IMG/VR virus record: IMGVR_UViG_3300009507_000010
Origin: an uncultured virus (IMG/VR IMGVR_UViG_3300009507_000010)
Lineage: Duplodnaviria > Heunggongvirae > Uroviricota > Caudoviricetes
Reading direction: 5' to 3' (one strand)
DNA length: 64,000 nt
The position numbers were made by a program, and so were the translations under genes. The notes under the pieces were generated by a model. That model had not been told where the DNA came from. It saw nothing but the letters and a program-made list of their open reading frames with translations, and searched no databases. This document shows positions 21,101 to 32,000 of this stretch, one piece after another (the first letter of the stretch is position 1; each line of letters starts with the position of its first letter).

Positions 21101-24100
21101 ACAAGAACGCACTTTTAATTTTTGATACATCAGCCGGAGCAACTGCCTGTCTACGAGTATTCCAGCTAGTAACATTACTTGTTCTATAAAAGTCGATTAT
21201 TGCGCCGTTTCTGTTGTTGTAGTTAGGCACACCTGCAATTACATGATTTTTATTTGCAAGAACATTTGTTCCTAGATTAATAACATCTCTGTCAGCTAGT
21301 ACAATTGAATCTTCGTAGGTAAACTTGCCGTCATATCTGTAGTATACATCTATTTTTCCTGTATCTTTAAATATGTTTGATAAGTGGGTTGCATTAGAGT
21401 CAAAAGTTGTATTATCCGATAGTGGAGTTCGTTCAACTTGATCTCCACGACGTGAACCTATAACTAGATTATTATCTGAAATACTTACTTTGTTTCCAAA
21501 TTCTTGATTTGCAGAAGATCTAACTTCAATCGTTTGCTCAATAACAAAATTAGCAGCATTACTTGACACAGCTTCTTGATTATTTAGAACAAAAACTTTA
21601 CCAGTATCAAGTTTGTCAACGCTGTCATATTTTGGCGAGCCAATTACTAGTGTTTGTGCATCTTCAGTTAAACTAATACTGTGTCCAAACACGTCTCCGG
21701 ATGCATCGTTATCGCCAAGTGTGCTTGAAGATATCGTTTGTACAAGATTGTATACATCATTTTCGTAAGTATAAACAAATACCTTTCCGTAAACACCAGT
21801 AGTATCTACTGCAATTTCTTCCCAGTTAGGAGCTGCTGGAGCAGTACCAGCACTTGCTGTTGTTAATTTTTTCCAATATAGCCCATTATACTTAACTGCT
21901 TCATTGATAGCATAAGTTGCAGTATTAATATATTCGCCTTTAAAGTTTTCAACAATTGCACTGTTTGCAAAAGGCGCATTAACTGTGAGTATGTTGCCGT
22001 TGTCTGATAATTCAACATCGACACCAAAGTCCATTGAAGCGTTAATTACTTCAACAGTGTTACTTCCAGTAGCAGCAAGGGGTAAAGACTTAGTAGGAGC
22101 CCATTGCCATTTGCCGCCTGTGCTTAGATTCCAGTCAAACACATAAACTTTACCAATACCGTCATGTCCAGGTGCCGACACAAACATTCTGTAGTCTAAC
22201 TTTCCTACTTCTTTAATAGTAATGTTTTCGCCAAAACGCTGACCCGGCTGTGGTTCAGGAGACTGCATAATAAACAATAAGTTAAAGTTGCCGCTGCCGG
22301 TTCTTACATATACCGACACCCAGCCTTGATTTGTAATACCTGATGTAGCTGTTGATTTTCCTTCAACTTCGTTGTAACCTAATTCAACCCAATCGCTTAC
22401 TAAGTTCGGCGGTGTAGCATTTAAACCGTTAACAATTGCTTTGTAGAATTTATCTTGGTAAACAACAACATCTTCTTGAACATAATTTGCGCCGGCATTC
22501 CATTCGCCTGTAAAATATGTAGGAACATCGCTGGCATTTGGTACACCAACTGCTAAAAACTTTGTATCCGGAGACAGTGAAAGCACTTGTCCAAAGCCGC
22601 CGTATAATGGTGATGTTTCACTTACACCATAAGCTGGACTAAACTCTGTTTTGGTTAGCGATGTAGGAAGCTCAATGGTTTGTATTAACCTATGTTCAGT
22701 TAAATCATTTGCTCTAGCATATACATATACTGCTGCATCTGAGGTTGTAATAACCTTTTGCAATACATCAGTATCTTGATCACGCTGTTCTATACTTGTA
22801 GTCGAATATGCAGGATCACCTACTACAAAATCTCTATTATATCTGTCAACTGCCACACTTGTGCCGTATGTGCCAGTTGTATCAAAAGTATTTGAAATTA
22901 TATTTTTCTGATAAACTTTATTTTTTTCTAATACTTTCCAGTTGTTGTTTATTCCATCAACCCAGACAAGCTCGCCTTGTGAAAAGCCGTCGATAGGAGT
23001 AATAACATTTATTTCGTTAGTATCTGAAATTCTAGCATGAACAAAATTGTAAAGAATTCCTTGACTGCTATCTTCAACTGTAACATCGTCGTCTAGTTTC
23101 TTATCACTTTCAACTGTAACATCATAACTGTTAATTGATTTAATTTTATAGAATTTATCAACATCTGGGGAAACGTTCTTAACGCCAATTACATCTCCAA
23201 CTTCTGCAACAAGCAATTCGTTAGTTCTTAAAATAATGTCTGTGCCGCTGCCTCTTTTTGCCGACAACACATTTATTTTTGCATCTTGCATTCTTAGTAC
23301 GGTCCAAGAAGCATTATAGAAACTTACCCAAACAGTTGAGCCTACATTAAAATCATCAATATTTAATGCTGCAATGTCATCTACGTATTTTACACTAAAA
23401 TCAACATCATTTTCATCTACGTTGCCTGCTGTTCTAATAAAAGAAGGTATTTTAGTAGTAGCTTTGAACGGAGCATGATTGTAACCGTCATATGTTACAT
23501 ACGCTTGATCCGGAGTATATCTATAAACCAAGTCAGTTGTATTAGAATCAATAACCGATACTAGCTCAAACGGCTGTGGTTCAAGTCTAACAAATTCTTC
23601 ATCAATTTTATATTCAACTTCAACAAAGCTATCTACTGCGCCATAATCGCCTGATCTGATAGCCCACTCTTCATAAAAGTTAAGACTTTCTTTATCAGCT
23701 GCGCCGAGCTTGTCAAACATTTTGTTTAGTACATTTTTTGTACCTTTGTCAAGAATCATACCTTGATAAAACTTATACTGACTCACATCGTCATTAATAA
23801 TGTTTTCTAGGTATCTGCGTTTTTGGTAACCAATGGTATGCTGTGCTAACCGCTGCTGCTCTGTGTCAAAGTTGTCTGTGTCTAGATCAAAGAAATCTGT
23901 AAACTGTTCGGCTCTGTAATCAAAGTTTGGAATTAAAGTACTTTGTTGAATTCCAGATAGGCGTTTCCAATTTTCTTCGTTAAATACTTCTCCAGAAACT
24001 ATTTTATCTTCTGCACTATAATAAAACTCTTTATGTTTTACTACGTCACCAATTTGGAACTGTGTAAACGGTGTCCAAGATTTAACAGTAACTTCATCAA

Positions 24101-27100
24101 AGATAAATCCCGGAGTAGTTAATCCACCATCCCATAAAACAGTTTTGTATCCCAATACCTTTACACGATCTTGTCTGTAACCTGCCGGTTTGTCGTACAA
24201 CGTATCAGCAAACACTGTTGTATTGTCTATTAAAAGTACATGTTCTGTTTGTACTAAGTGTAGTCTAGCAAAATAAATGCCGTCATCGCCTAAAGTTTCT
24301 AGTGTGAATTTATTATTTGCTCTAGTAACATCTAGATCGTTTATCGATATACGAGTTCCTGCACTATTGTATATTTCATAGTCATAAAAGTCATTTAGTA
24401 AACTATCAACATTAGTATAGTCAACATTGATTGTAAATGTTTTTGCACCTGGGCTAAGTGCAATAACAGTGCCTTCTGACCAATTCTGTGTTGTCCAGTA
24501 TACAAACTCTTTAACCGAAGTGTCCCAGTCTTGTAGTATAGAATTTTCGTTATCATAGTTGTCAAATACAAAACCAGCTTCAGCTAGGTAAGCACCGTAT
24601 CCATACATAAAGTCAACAACAGCTTGTACAGTAGGTAATATTGTACCGTAATCTAATGTGTAATATGCACTGGTATCGAAGTTGCTTCTATAAAAATAGC
24701 TGTTGCCGCCGACTGACGGTAAGGAAGGTAATTTAACAAATTTATCAGAATCAAAAGTATCACTACTAAAGTGATCTTCACGACATCTGTAATAGATTCC
24801 GTTATACTCAACAATTTTACCTTGGATATAAGTTTTTTCACTATCCCAAGAAATAAATGACTCGCTAACTGCGCCTATTGTTATTTGGCTGTCGTTTTGA
24901 GAAGTTATTATTCTACGATGTTGGAAGTATGGAAACTTTTGATCATATCCCTTTATTAAGAATCCGTTGGTTCTTTTTTCAACTATAACGCCACTGTACG
25001 ATAATACGTCCACAGGGCTACTTGTGTTTAACACAATTTGATAGTTTTCTTCTGGAATGAAAACATTTCCTTCATTCAAAGGAGTACGACTATCTAGTAT
25101 TAATCTAAATTTAGACTTTTCTGTATATCCTGCAAGTTTTGCACCTAGCTGGTTATTTGCATTTTTTAAATTAAAAGAATAATCAGTAACAAACGACTCG
25201 CCTGTTTGATATAGCCAATTGTTAACATAAGAAATCAAACCGCTTGCAAGTGCAGTATTAGACACTTTATCTGCAAGACCCGAAAGTGTTGGATATTCTC
25301 CCGCATATTTAATAATGCCACTGACGTCACGGGAAGTATGAGCGCGATCTAAATATACTCCAAATATTTGTGCAGGCTTAGTTAAGAACCAAGCGCACAG
25401 CAGTGAGAAGCGATAACTACTTGATCGTCTCCAAGCGTTTTCAACTGGTGATTGATCGCCAAACGCATATTCTGCACCGAACTCAGCTGATTCGTAATTT
25501 TGTGCAATATTTGCTTCAATAGGATCTCTAAGTCTTCCGTTTGCATCTACTGGAATGATATCCAATAAGCCAGGACGACTAAAGTCATTGTTAATTCTAT
25601 TATTACCAGGTTCTTTAATACGGCCTACTTCTAAGTCTCTCCACATTAGTAAGTTTTCACTAGTGTACGGAGCCGGGCCGTATTCATCTTCCCACCAACT
25701 TGGCATGATGCTGAAGCCTAGCATCTCCCAAGGCGTTAAATGAGGTCTGTCAGTATCGTACCAATAGTTGTATATGCCTCTCCAAAATCCTGGAAGCTGT
25801 TTATCTTTATACGAACCAGTCTTATAGTTATAGGTAAACTGATTACCAGTCTCGAACCAAACATTATCAGTGTAAGACACATTAAGATTTTTATGCCATT
25901 TTAAAAACAAAGGTCTTAAAATGTTATCTATTTCTTTTAGACTATATTCGCCTGTTCTATTAGCGCCTGGCTTAAAGGAATAAAAATCAACAAGGTCGTT
26001 AGTATATTCAATTTTAATATTGTTATATATTCTACGTTCTAGTTCAATGATTAAGTCATCTCTGTAATCATTAAATGCCAGTATTACACTTCCGTCGTGT
26101 CCTTGAATTACATTCTGCGGAGTTTGTAAAGTAGTGTCTAAATATTTTTTAGGCTCATACTTAGGCAACAATCCTAATCTAGCAGGAGTAGGAGCAATAT
26201 AGTTACCTACTAGTGTGCTATACTCTCGAATAACAATAACATCGTCGACTTCTTTTGCTACATTAATTTTAACAAAATTATCATTAATGAACTCGTACTC
26301 TGATCCTAGTAACAGTTGTGTATCGTTTAGATAAACTAATATCGCTTTGTCTTGATGCTTGTATGGTTCAAAAATTTCTGTAATACCGTAAAGTTCAAAC
26401 GTTGGGTCAATTACAGTATGTCTAATTTCGTTAAATGCTCTAAAAGGAACCATGCCACTATTATAGAAGCTATCAGTCTCTTTGTTTTCTGCTGTGATAC
26501 TTTCTAAAATAGTATCAACATCTATATTAGGCGTTCCTAAAATTTCGTCTGTAGAAATTTTATCTAAGAATGTCTTTTGAAACTTGTCATAACTTTTTGC
26601 AGCATAATCAAGAGATTTAATAATGTTTGTATCCTTGTTAGTCAAGTGATACATCGCTATGTTAATCGGTCCAGAATGCTTAACAAAGCGGCTGCCGTAA
26701 GCACTAACTGTTCCTAGGTCTCTAATATTAGAAATTCCTGGGAATGTTCCTTCAACTGCTGGTGCTGCATTAAATATAGTCTCAACGTGATCAGTAATTT
26801 CGCCTAGCGTAATTTGTGTAGGATCTTCGTTATTAGGATTGTTTTGCAAGTTCAATGGAAACTCGTAATACCCATTTTCATTTTTGTTTGCAAGACTATG
26901 TGTTTTAATAATAACGCTTGAATTTTCGTTCAAGTCATTTGCAAAATGAACATATAATCTATTGTTCTGTGTTACTAATGTAAAATGATTAGTAATTTTG
27001 TTGTTTACAAATACTTTAACATCTAAATCAGTTAATAGTGCAGCATCATTGTATACATCAATCTCAAAATCGTTTCTATTTAAGTCAGCAATATAGTGTC

Positions 27101-29087
27101 TAATGACTTGCTGAACACTATGAGACGCCGCACGTTCCCACGCACTGTGATATCCAAAGTTGCCAAGTCTATTGTAAACTTTAATATAGCTGTCTTTTGC
27201 AATGATCGAATACTTTTTCTCATTTTTAATATAGTCATATGTGTCTGTTAGAATATTAGAGCTAAACAAAATATCACCAATATTACTAATACTCAAATAC
27301 TTAATAGGAAATCCTAAAACTGTATCTGGAGCTCCGTTGCCGGTTTGATAAGAGAACACATAGTTCCCTTTGAAGCTAGTTGAACCATACTTTGTAGTGT
27401 CACTCAGTGATTCACCGTCAGCATCAAATAGATCAAATAACGGAAACTGGTTAGGTTCTGTTTTCTGCTGTGCTTCAGTCCATTTTGTTCCGTCAAACCA
27501 GAACTGCTTACCTTGATTTAATTTTCCGGATTTAACTACTAATGTGTCGCCTACTACATTGTTCTGTACATCTGGAATTAATGTTATGATTCGTTCATTA
27601 TTAAATCTAACAAAATTCACAGTAAACACTTTATCACGAATTAGTAAATCGTTATCAGCAGTAAAAATAACTCGCATGCCTTCAATAAGATTAATGTTAT
27701 CAACGTAATATCCTGTTGTTCCTTCAATCTCCGACATAATATCTGTTGTCACTGTGTCAACTAGATCAATATCTCCAACACGGTTCCAGCCATTATTAAA
27801 CAACTGAATTCCTGGAATAAATTCGATAATCGGTCTACTTGCTCTTGCTGATTGATCTAATATCGGAGTGGTGCCAGAAATTTCATAACTAGTTTCAATA
27901 ACAGATTTATGTATCCATCTGTTTGCACGGCTCCAATGGTTGCCGTCGTATGCTGCGCGGTTAATTGTAATATAGTCTTTATCTTTTTCTGAGTTTTGAT
28001 CAAACGGATTAACGTCGAATCCAATATCATCAAACTGCAATTCTTCTAATGCTTGGCCGGGATATAAAGTTTCTAATTCTTGTTCACTTATTAGAATAAT
28101 TTCTTTACCAACACCTTCAACATACCAGTTACCTTTAGAATACTTTTCAGGAGTAACATCGCCTAAGAAGTTTACTTTCATTCCGTTACTTAACTGATGT
28201 CCAGTCTTTAGCTGGTATTCTTTTTTGCCAACTAACTCTTTATCAATATCAATTTCAGTATTTTGATCAATTGACAGTACTTGAATAAGTCCAGACGAAT
28301 CTAAATCATTTGTGTTTACATAATGTAAAATATCAGGAGTGTTTTGATCAATAGTAATTGTAACTGTACCTACTTCAGTACCATTGTTATCAATTTTTTC
28401 GTTATATTCGAATCCTGTTTTTGTCTTTTTTGTTTTAATCCAAAAAGGATTATTTTTTTGATTTACTTCAAATTTATATGTTAGACCTCTATAAAGTTTA
28501 ATAGTAGGATTTCTAGTAAGTCCGTCAGGATTGAATACAAACGCATTACTGTCGCCGTCGTTAACAATCTTAACAGTGTATGTACTTGTAACACCTTTTT
28601 CTTGGCCTGCAATACTTATAGCAACAGGGCCCTGGCTTACCCAGTAATACTCTCTATAGTTTACTAACTTGTCCCAATCAACTCGAGGATCCCAAGAATA
28701 ATATTCTTGAGAATTTAGTCTGTTATGATTAGTTGTGTTAGCGCCGAAAGCACGTAATTGGTTAATATAATCATTATAGTCTTTGTAGTATACTACATTA
28801 TCATTGTTGTCTTTAACAATTAATGCAGGCTCTAATTGATAATTTTGACGATCGTCAGATATATCTGGAATATAGTTATCATCGGTGGAAAACGCCTTAG
28901 ATGTTTTTCTACCTAGATATCCATTTATTTTTTCAATAACACCGTCTTGAATTAACGGGTCTAATGTAGCGGACAAAAACTTTTTATTAGTATTGGACCT
29001 AAAATATTTAGGTAACAGATCTAACGATGTTTTTCTTTGTTCGTTGTTTTCGCCTGGAAGATTAATTTCTTCTTGATCTTTTGCCAT
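15174..29087 (-). CDS. Giant multidomain baseplate wedge / fibre-network protein (gp7-like position)
   Basis: 4637 aa directly after the gp6-like gene; CBM5/12-like aromatic repeats, FG-GAP-like FG..V.LS repeats, G.GY..AP.ITI.GG motifs, repeated DG.T..F / VYV.G beta modules. Confidence 0.7.
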   Translation of the reverse strand: MAKDQEEINLPGENNEQRKTSLDLLPKYFRSNTNKKFLSATLDPLIQDGVIEKINGYLGRKTSKAFSTDDNYIPDISDDRQNYQLEPALIVKDNNDNVVYYKDYNDYINQLRAFGANTTNHNRLNSQEYYSWDPRVDWDKLVNYREYYWVSQGPVAISIAGQEKGVTSTYTVKIVNDGDSNAFVFNPDGLTRNPTIKLYRGLTYKFEVNQKNNPFWIKTKKTKTGFEYNEKIDNNGTEVGTVTITIDQNTPDILHYVNTNDLDSSGLIQVLSIDQNTEIDIDKELVGKKEYQLKTGHQLSNGMKVNFLGDVTPEKYSKGNWYVEGVGKEIILISEQELETLYPGQALEELQFDDIGFDVNPFDQNSEKDKDYITINRAAYDGNHWSRANRWIHKSVIETSYEISGTTPILDQSARASRPIIEFIPGIQLFNNGWNRVGDIDLVDTVTTDIMSEIEGTTGYYVDNINLIEGMRVIFTADNDLLIRDKVFTVNFVRFNNERIITLIPDVQNNVVGDTLVVKSGKLNQGKQFWFDGTKWTEAQQKTEPNQFPLFDLFDADGESLSDTTKYGSTSFKGNYVFSYQTGNGAPDTVLGFPIKYLSISNIGDILFSSNILTDTYDYIKNEKKYSIIAKDSYIKVYNRLGNFGYHSAWERAASHSVQQVIRHYIADLNRNDFEIDVYNDAALLTDLDVKVFVNNKITNHFTLVTQNNRLYVHFANDLNENSSVIIKTHSLANKNENGYYEFPLNLQNNPNNEDPTQITLGEITDHVETIFNAAPAVEGTFPGISNIRDLGTVSAYGSRFVKHSGPINIAMYHLTNKDTNIIKSLDYAAKSYDKFQKTFLDKISTDEILGTPNIDVDTILESITAENKETDSFYNSGMVPFRAFNEIRHTVIDPTFELYGITEIFEPYKHQDKAILVYLNDTQLLLGSEYEFINDNFVKINVAKEVDDVIVIREYSTLVGNYIAPTPARLGLLPKYEPKKYLDTTLQTPQNVIQGHDGSVILAFNDYRDDLIIELERRIYNNIKIEYTNDLVDFYSFKPGANRTGEYSLKEIDNILRPLFLKWHKNLNVSYTDNVWFETGNQFTYNYKTGSYKDKQLPGFWRGIYNYWYDTDRPHLTPWEMLGFSIMPSWWEDEYGPAPYTSENLLMWRDLEVGRIKEPGNNRINNDFSRPGLLDIIPVDANGRLRDPIEANIAQNYESAEFGAEYAFGDQSPVENAWRRSSSYRFSLLCAWFLTKPAQIFGVYLDRAHTSRDVSGIIKYAGEYPTLSGLADKVSNTALASGLISYVNNWLYQTGESFVTDYSFNLKNANNQLGAKLAGYTEKSKFRLILDSRTPLNEGNVFIPEENYQIVLNTSSPVDVLSYSGVIVEKRTNGFLIKGYDQKFPYFQHRRIITSQNDSQITIGAVSESFISWDSEKTYIQGKIVEYNGIYYRCREDHFSSDTFDSDKFVKLPSLPSVGGNSYFYRSNFDTSAYYTLDYGTILPTVQAVVDFMYGYGAYLAEAGFVFDNYDNENSILQDWDTSVKEFVYWTTQNWSEGTVIALSPGAKTFTINVDYTNVDSLLNDFYDYEIYNSAGTRISINDLDVTRANNKFTLETLGDDGIYFARLHLVQTEHVLLIDNTTVFADTLYDKPAGYRQDRVKVLGYKTVLWDGGLTTPGFIFDEVTVKSWTPFTQFQIGDVVKHKEFYYSAEDKIVSGEVFNEENWKRLSGIQQSTLIPNFDYRAEQFTDFFDLDTDNFDTEQQRLAQHTIGYQKRRYLENIINDDVSQYKFYQGMILDKGTKNVLNKMFDKLGAADKESLNFYEEWAIRSGDYGAVDSFVEVEYKIDEEFVRLEPQPFELVSVIDSNTTDLVYRYTPDQAYVTYDGYNHAPFKATTKIPSFIRTAGNVDENDVDFSVKYVDDIAALNIDDFNVGSTVWVSFYNASWTVLRMQDAKINVLSAKRGSGTDIILRTNELLVAEVGDVIGVKNVSPDVDKFYKIKSINSYDVTVESDKKLDDDVTVEDSSQGILYNFVHARISDTNEINVITPIDGFSQGELVWVDGINNNWKVLEKNKVYQKNIISNTFDTTGTYGTSVAVDRYNRDFVVGDPAYSTTSIEQRDQDTDVLQKVITTSDAAVYVYARANDLTEHRLIQTIELPTSLTKTEFSPAYGVSETSPLYGGFGQVLSLSPDTKFLAVGVPNASDVPTYFTGEWNAGANYVQEDVVVYQDKFYKAIVNGLNATPPNLVSDWVELGYNEVEGKSTATSGITNQGWVSVYVRTGSGNFNLLFIMQSPEPQPGQRFGENITIKEVGKLDYRMFVSAPGHDGIGKVYVFDWNLSTGGKWQWAPTKSLPLAATGSNTVEVINASMDFGVDVELSDNGNILTVNAPFANSAIVENFKGEYINTATYAINEAVKYNGLYWKKLTTASAGTAPAAPNWEEIAVDTTGVYGKVFVYTYENDVYNLVQTISSSTLGDNDASGDVFGHSISLTEDAQTLVIGSPKYDSVDKLDTGKVFVLNNQEAVSSNAANFVIEQTIEVRSSANQEFGNKVSISDNNLVIGSRRGDQVERTPLSDNTTFDSNATHLSNIFKDTGKIDVYYRYDGKFTYEDSIVLADRDVINLGTNVLANKNHVIAGVPNYNNRNGAIIDFYRTSNVTSWNTRRQAVAPADVSKIKSAFLYNTRTNVLVKELDIIDPLQGKIAGPADQEIKYKTFWDPAVYTVGDDSVNIDEVGAWDATNVGDVWWDLTTSRFVNYHQNSALYRANNWSKLNQYGSIDVYEWVSSKYKPSVYDELSASDEGPALGITGTSKYGDTSYVIAKEYDPIAKIFTNKYMFWVKNKTTVPQKDGRAIDVASIANLIKDPSGQGYSYIAITSNNSFVLYNAKQYLNDADIAVNIRFWTTDKTDTNIHRQYQIISEGLDISIPNDLLIKKWYDSLVGFTTDGYPVPNPNLGEKQRYGILNKPRQGMFKNRIEAMKQAIEYINYVFSKNILVDDFDISPFFEKELVPTAESKLFDIEISDDLELNFIATGKLTTADISLRIENGNITDVVIDNPGRGYLQAPDITVVGQGKDAVLEATIDAFGRIDSVSIVNPGTGYIDDTYAVVRQYTVLSTNVNNTNKWGLYVYDTRNKNWQLTRIQSYDVSSYWTYRDWYSSGVTANTPIDFLIDGSYQLLNISPRPGQIVKITNVGSSGTWLLLKRNNETNESDINLNYTVVGREKATIELSSALYDFDQNVLGYDGISYEEVNYDSIPTQEARIILDAIRNNIFIDNLQVEFNNLFFNSVRYVLTEQTPVDWIFKTSFVKAKHNVGELEQRITYKNDSLTSYQDYINEVKPYRTKVREFVSSYNKTEVVSTLTTDFDLKSTNNIKVFNNDLVLDGNTSLDIYPDQSWKDNHTYGVSDIQIQNAGIGYQTAPELTISGGGGRGATAKAYIGSGGKITNVVVTNSGTGYYSRPDVIINGSVDDTGETATLIAIIDNNTIRKNDITIKFDRTLGQSEVLNLDVTETFLGTGVQTTFALKWPADLRKGLTTVKINGEELLDSEYSLGNATTKVDGLTKLFGHLEILIAAEATETLTIEYKKDISFLRAYDRINYYYNPTVGQLAKDPAALMTGVDYGGVSVTGFGFEPSGGWGTDGTSWDNVTWEGSDETFTDITLYNDATELTYTFATAPAVDDIWNVYVNGVRIDDTNWNVGTGITNTNAVMQTIAGDGETTDFTIPLQNLSSVILGDAGQEQVILRKSTSDGSFIPVGVDIDSIVNGGDLGYAQATGYNPEDITMDGDGFVTPTTSGGLEEQVPGHVSESIDMFVYSLSRSGGPQINSISYVADGSTKSFAYIADPQSKDALIIKVNNKILRPNQYQYTPNFAAYTDFLTAYESNKAIKEEQLTIVSSRIDELQVLIAPLETQLDDIAVEIINQQSLLDAIENSILFTQSQIASLESQVASLSPQSPTYESQLASLLSQISVLQGQLSGYNSQFSQETVDLAALVETESQLSIAISDYTTELSTLQPQKTLLTSEVAELDVNIQSLNDYLINPGKTIILNTVPSVNDVVTIMTFGTNGNDIILIDGFTGDGSTSEFITPLKYTKDLRVFATVNGKRVKPRLLVTDDSYQESNRLGLDFDPTPPTNADIKYTVYNDESPDYSYIQKQLETADGSTTQFDLDDTPYGASPSANFLVVFADDKMLNGGYTQVFTANGADDFQVDLSDFEYGEFSSGHTEVYVDGIIKELGVDYQIDFGSNTIAFIAGKLKLGQEIKVFIMTNAQYYVMNGKLVTPTALPSGTNLMIMSFYNTDVFDTQHKSKSVLSRRTLTPASKWYRSSVAGNAGIILLSTPVSNANYVLVAINGSLLTPHRDYTLIEGGTAVQVDIARNINSTDTFSIVIFDYDPVEKSFAFRQFTDNLNRTHYKAVNTEKSTKLTTLLNWYDSSIEVDDASVLDDPIVRQNVPGIIFVGSERIEYMKKEGNILSQLRRGTYGTATKEIYHAATEVLNQGKSLTIDYLDTELTEVFYGDGITQEYSLPYTPKLNTATVRANNGWNRNNEFDPTATSIPETYGQADDIEVFVEGKRMNKAPCTLYNPDKDQLSPLGDSGLPADFSVNGTPSVRLTVAPKVGAKIVIKRKQGVIWQNRGESLSDTENAIGKFLRAQTVSFPK

Positions 29088-29089
29088 TC

Positions 29090-32000
29090 TTAGCTATCTC
29101 CGTTAAATGCTGCTGATGTAATATTAGTTGCACCTGATGCTGCATATGTAATCTTACTACTTGCTTTTATTTTTTCTGCTGTAATTTCGTCTATAATCTC
29201 GATAGTATCAACAGTTGCTCCGCTTTTAAATATTTCATTGTTTTCACTGTTAACTTGGAATAAGTTACCGAACACTCCTGCTGCATCCAATGGTACAATA
29301 ACAACACTTACAATGTCAGGTGCAAGGTTGTATGTAATGTATGCACTTAGTTCGCTCCAATAAAATATATCGCCAAAGTCCCAGTTCTGTAAGTCAAAAA
29401 ACTCATCGATAGCAACAACAATTCTAGTTTTAATATCGTTGTCGCTTACTACTGATTCTTCATTTTTAACAACCTTAATACTTGCTTGTAATGCTGATTC
29501 TGCTTTGCTGCCAAATAGCACTTTGTAATTTACCGGATGATAAACTATTTCGTCACTTATAGATTTAATGTTGTTCAACTGTTTTCCGTAATCAAACTGC
29601 ATTTGATTAGAACTTGGTGGAAGCGGCTTAGTTTCACTTAGACCCTTTAACCAACGAGTAAATTCAACATCGTAATTTCTTGTTAATAAGTAGCAATCAA
29701 TAATATTACTTGCACTCGGATCAATACGTTGGTTATAGTCTGCAACATGCACATAATGGAATTTAAGACCTTTGCGGCCAACAAATGCTCTATAATTATT
29801 AGTAATAGTCATACGTGCATTTATTGTATTAAGTGTTTTAAAAACATTAGTTTGTGTAAAGTAAAACAGTTGATTATTAGTATAACTTGTAACCGTTTGC
29901 ATTTCTAATTCGTTAGAAAGAATTATTATACCTTCAGCTGTTGGATCAATAAAACTCCACTCTTCAACTTTGTCGATATTACTGCGGCGTTTTTGTATAA
30001 CAAATTTGTTTAACGGATTTGTTGCAGGTTTAACTAATTGTACAAATACGTCTGGATCGTCAACTACACCATCGTCGTCGCTGTCAAAGAATGTTACTTC
30101 GATCTTTTTAGTATCAACATATCCTGTAGGTTCTTTGTATTCTGCAACTATTTCCAAGTCATGATTAATAGTAAACGGCATTGTTGCTTCTGGCAATGTA
30201 TTAATGTTTAGCACACTAATTTTGTCTTTAATAACTTTACCTGTTTTACTATCGTAAACTTTATCACTACTATCAAAGAAGAATCTAGTTTCTTCTTCGC
30301 TTTCGAATATATAACGGAGATTTCTATAGGTAACAGTGTACTTTGTTCCACTTGTTTCAAATAGTATTAACCAACTTGAATCAAGATTTTGATTGGACGA
30401 ATCTCCTGCTTTACCTAAACTAAATGGATCTGCCGAATTTAAATTGTCACTTGTTATGATTTTCCAAGTAGCAGTTGTTACATCATATCTTAAACCAAAA
30501 GTTCTATAAGCAAAAATAAGATCAATTGCTTTATTAGCAACATCAGTTATTAGGCCTTGAGATAACTTTGTAATAATCTTTTGAAGTATCGCACCAGTTG
30601 GAATCGTATCGTTAACTTGTATAGCACCCTGGCTGTTAATAATCCCAGTGCCGTTTGATGTACCATCGCCTTGTACATTAATAATTTTTGTCCACTTGTA
30701 TGTTGTTGCTCCAAACACATTTGCTGGATCACCTTGTACAAGGTCGTAATTATTATTACTATCAAAGTAGTAACCTTCAGGTGAAACAAATTTACACATT
30801 GCGCCTGGTTGGATAAATTTAAAGTTACCGCCGGTATATGCCGGACCTACCTTATACAAACTATTATCGTTAGTATTAATAAAGTATCCGGTTGACATAT
30901 TTGTTTCATTAGTAACTTGTACAAACTCTGTGTTGTACGAGATCATGTCTGTTTGTGGAAAGTTTTTGTAAAAGTAGTTTCTCAATTTTTTACTTCTAAT
31001 AATAGGAGTAATAGTATTGTAGATTATATCTTCAACTTCGGTTTTGTTAGTAAAGCTAAATTCTGTTTTTTCTAAAAACTCATCTCTATAAATGATGCCA
31101 TCGTTGCCGTAAATGTTAGTATTAGAATATTTTCCCGTTGCATCTTTAAGATCAAAGTATCTACTAAATCCACTTGAAACACGGTTAACTGATTTCACTT
31201 TAACAATATCTTGACTTACAGCTAGAGGAGCAATATTATAGTCTTCCCCAGTGATCATTCTGTTCTGTGTATAATAAAGTGCAGGAGCATTTACTTTGAT
31301 ATCTGCATTTGATTCAGACGTAGCTGCATTAGACACTGTAGTTGTAAGCTGTAGATTTAAACTTAATGTTTCAATCTTTCCTGAAGAACTAACATACGGA
31401 ATGCTAATAGAAACATTTCTAATATTCTTTGGTGTAATACTGTATGCAGAGTTTTGCGAAACTCTGTAATACGCACGGAAGTTACCTTTTGGTAAATTTC
31501 CAAATACGCCATCACTAAACACAAGATTTACTCTGTCTCCCAAACGTGTTTGCGGAAAGTAAATGTTTCTTAGGTTTTTGCTTAGTGAATTGTAAACAAC
31601 ATTGTTACCTTCAACTGCGTCAACTTTTGACCATAAGTTTTGCTCACTGCCATTTGAATCTAATTGATACAGCCACAAGTCATCATGGTTGATATTTTCT
31701 ACATCAAGAGCAACAACTTGGTTATTGCTAGGATTCTCTACTGCAAAGTCTGCATTTTGTAAAGAGCCTTGACGGAAGTGAACAAAGTATCCAGTGTTTG
31801 CACTGCCTGGTCCTGAGCCGTCATCTCTATAAAGTACACTCATGTTGTTGCCTGGTAACGGATTTTCTTCTACAATCGAACCTTCTTCTAGTTTACAACT
31901 TGTAACTTCAAAGTTTAAATTTCTACCATCAACATTTTTATTAAAAGTAAAGATAGGAACTTTTCTATTGTTTGCATTTACTTTGTAAGTGCTAGTTTTA

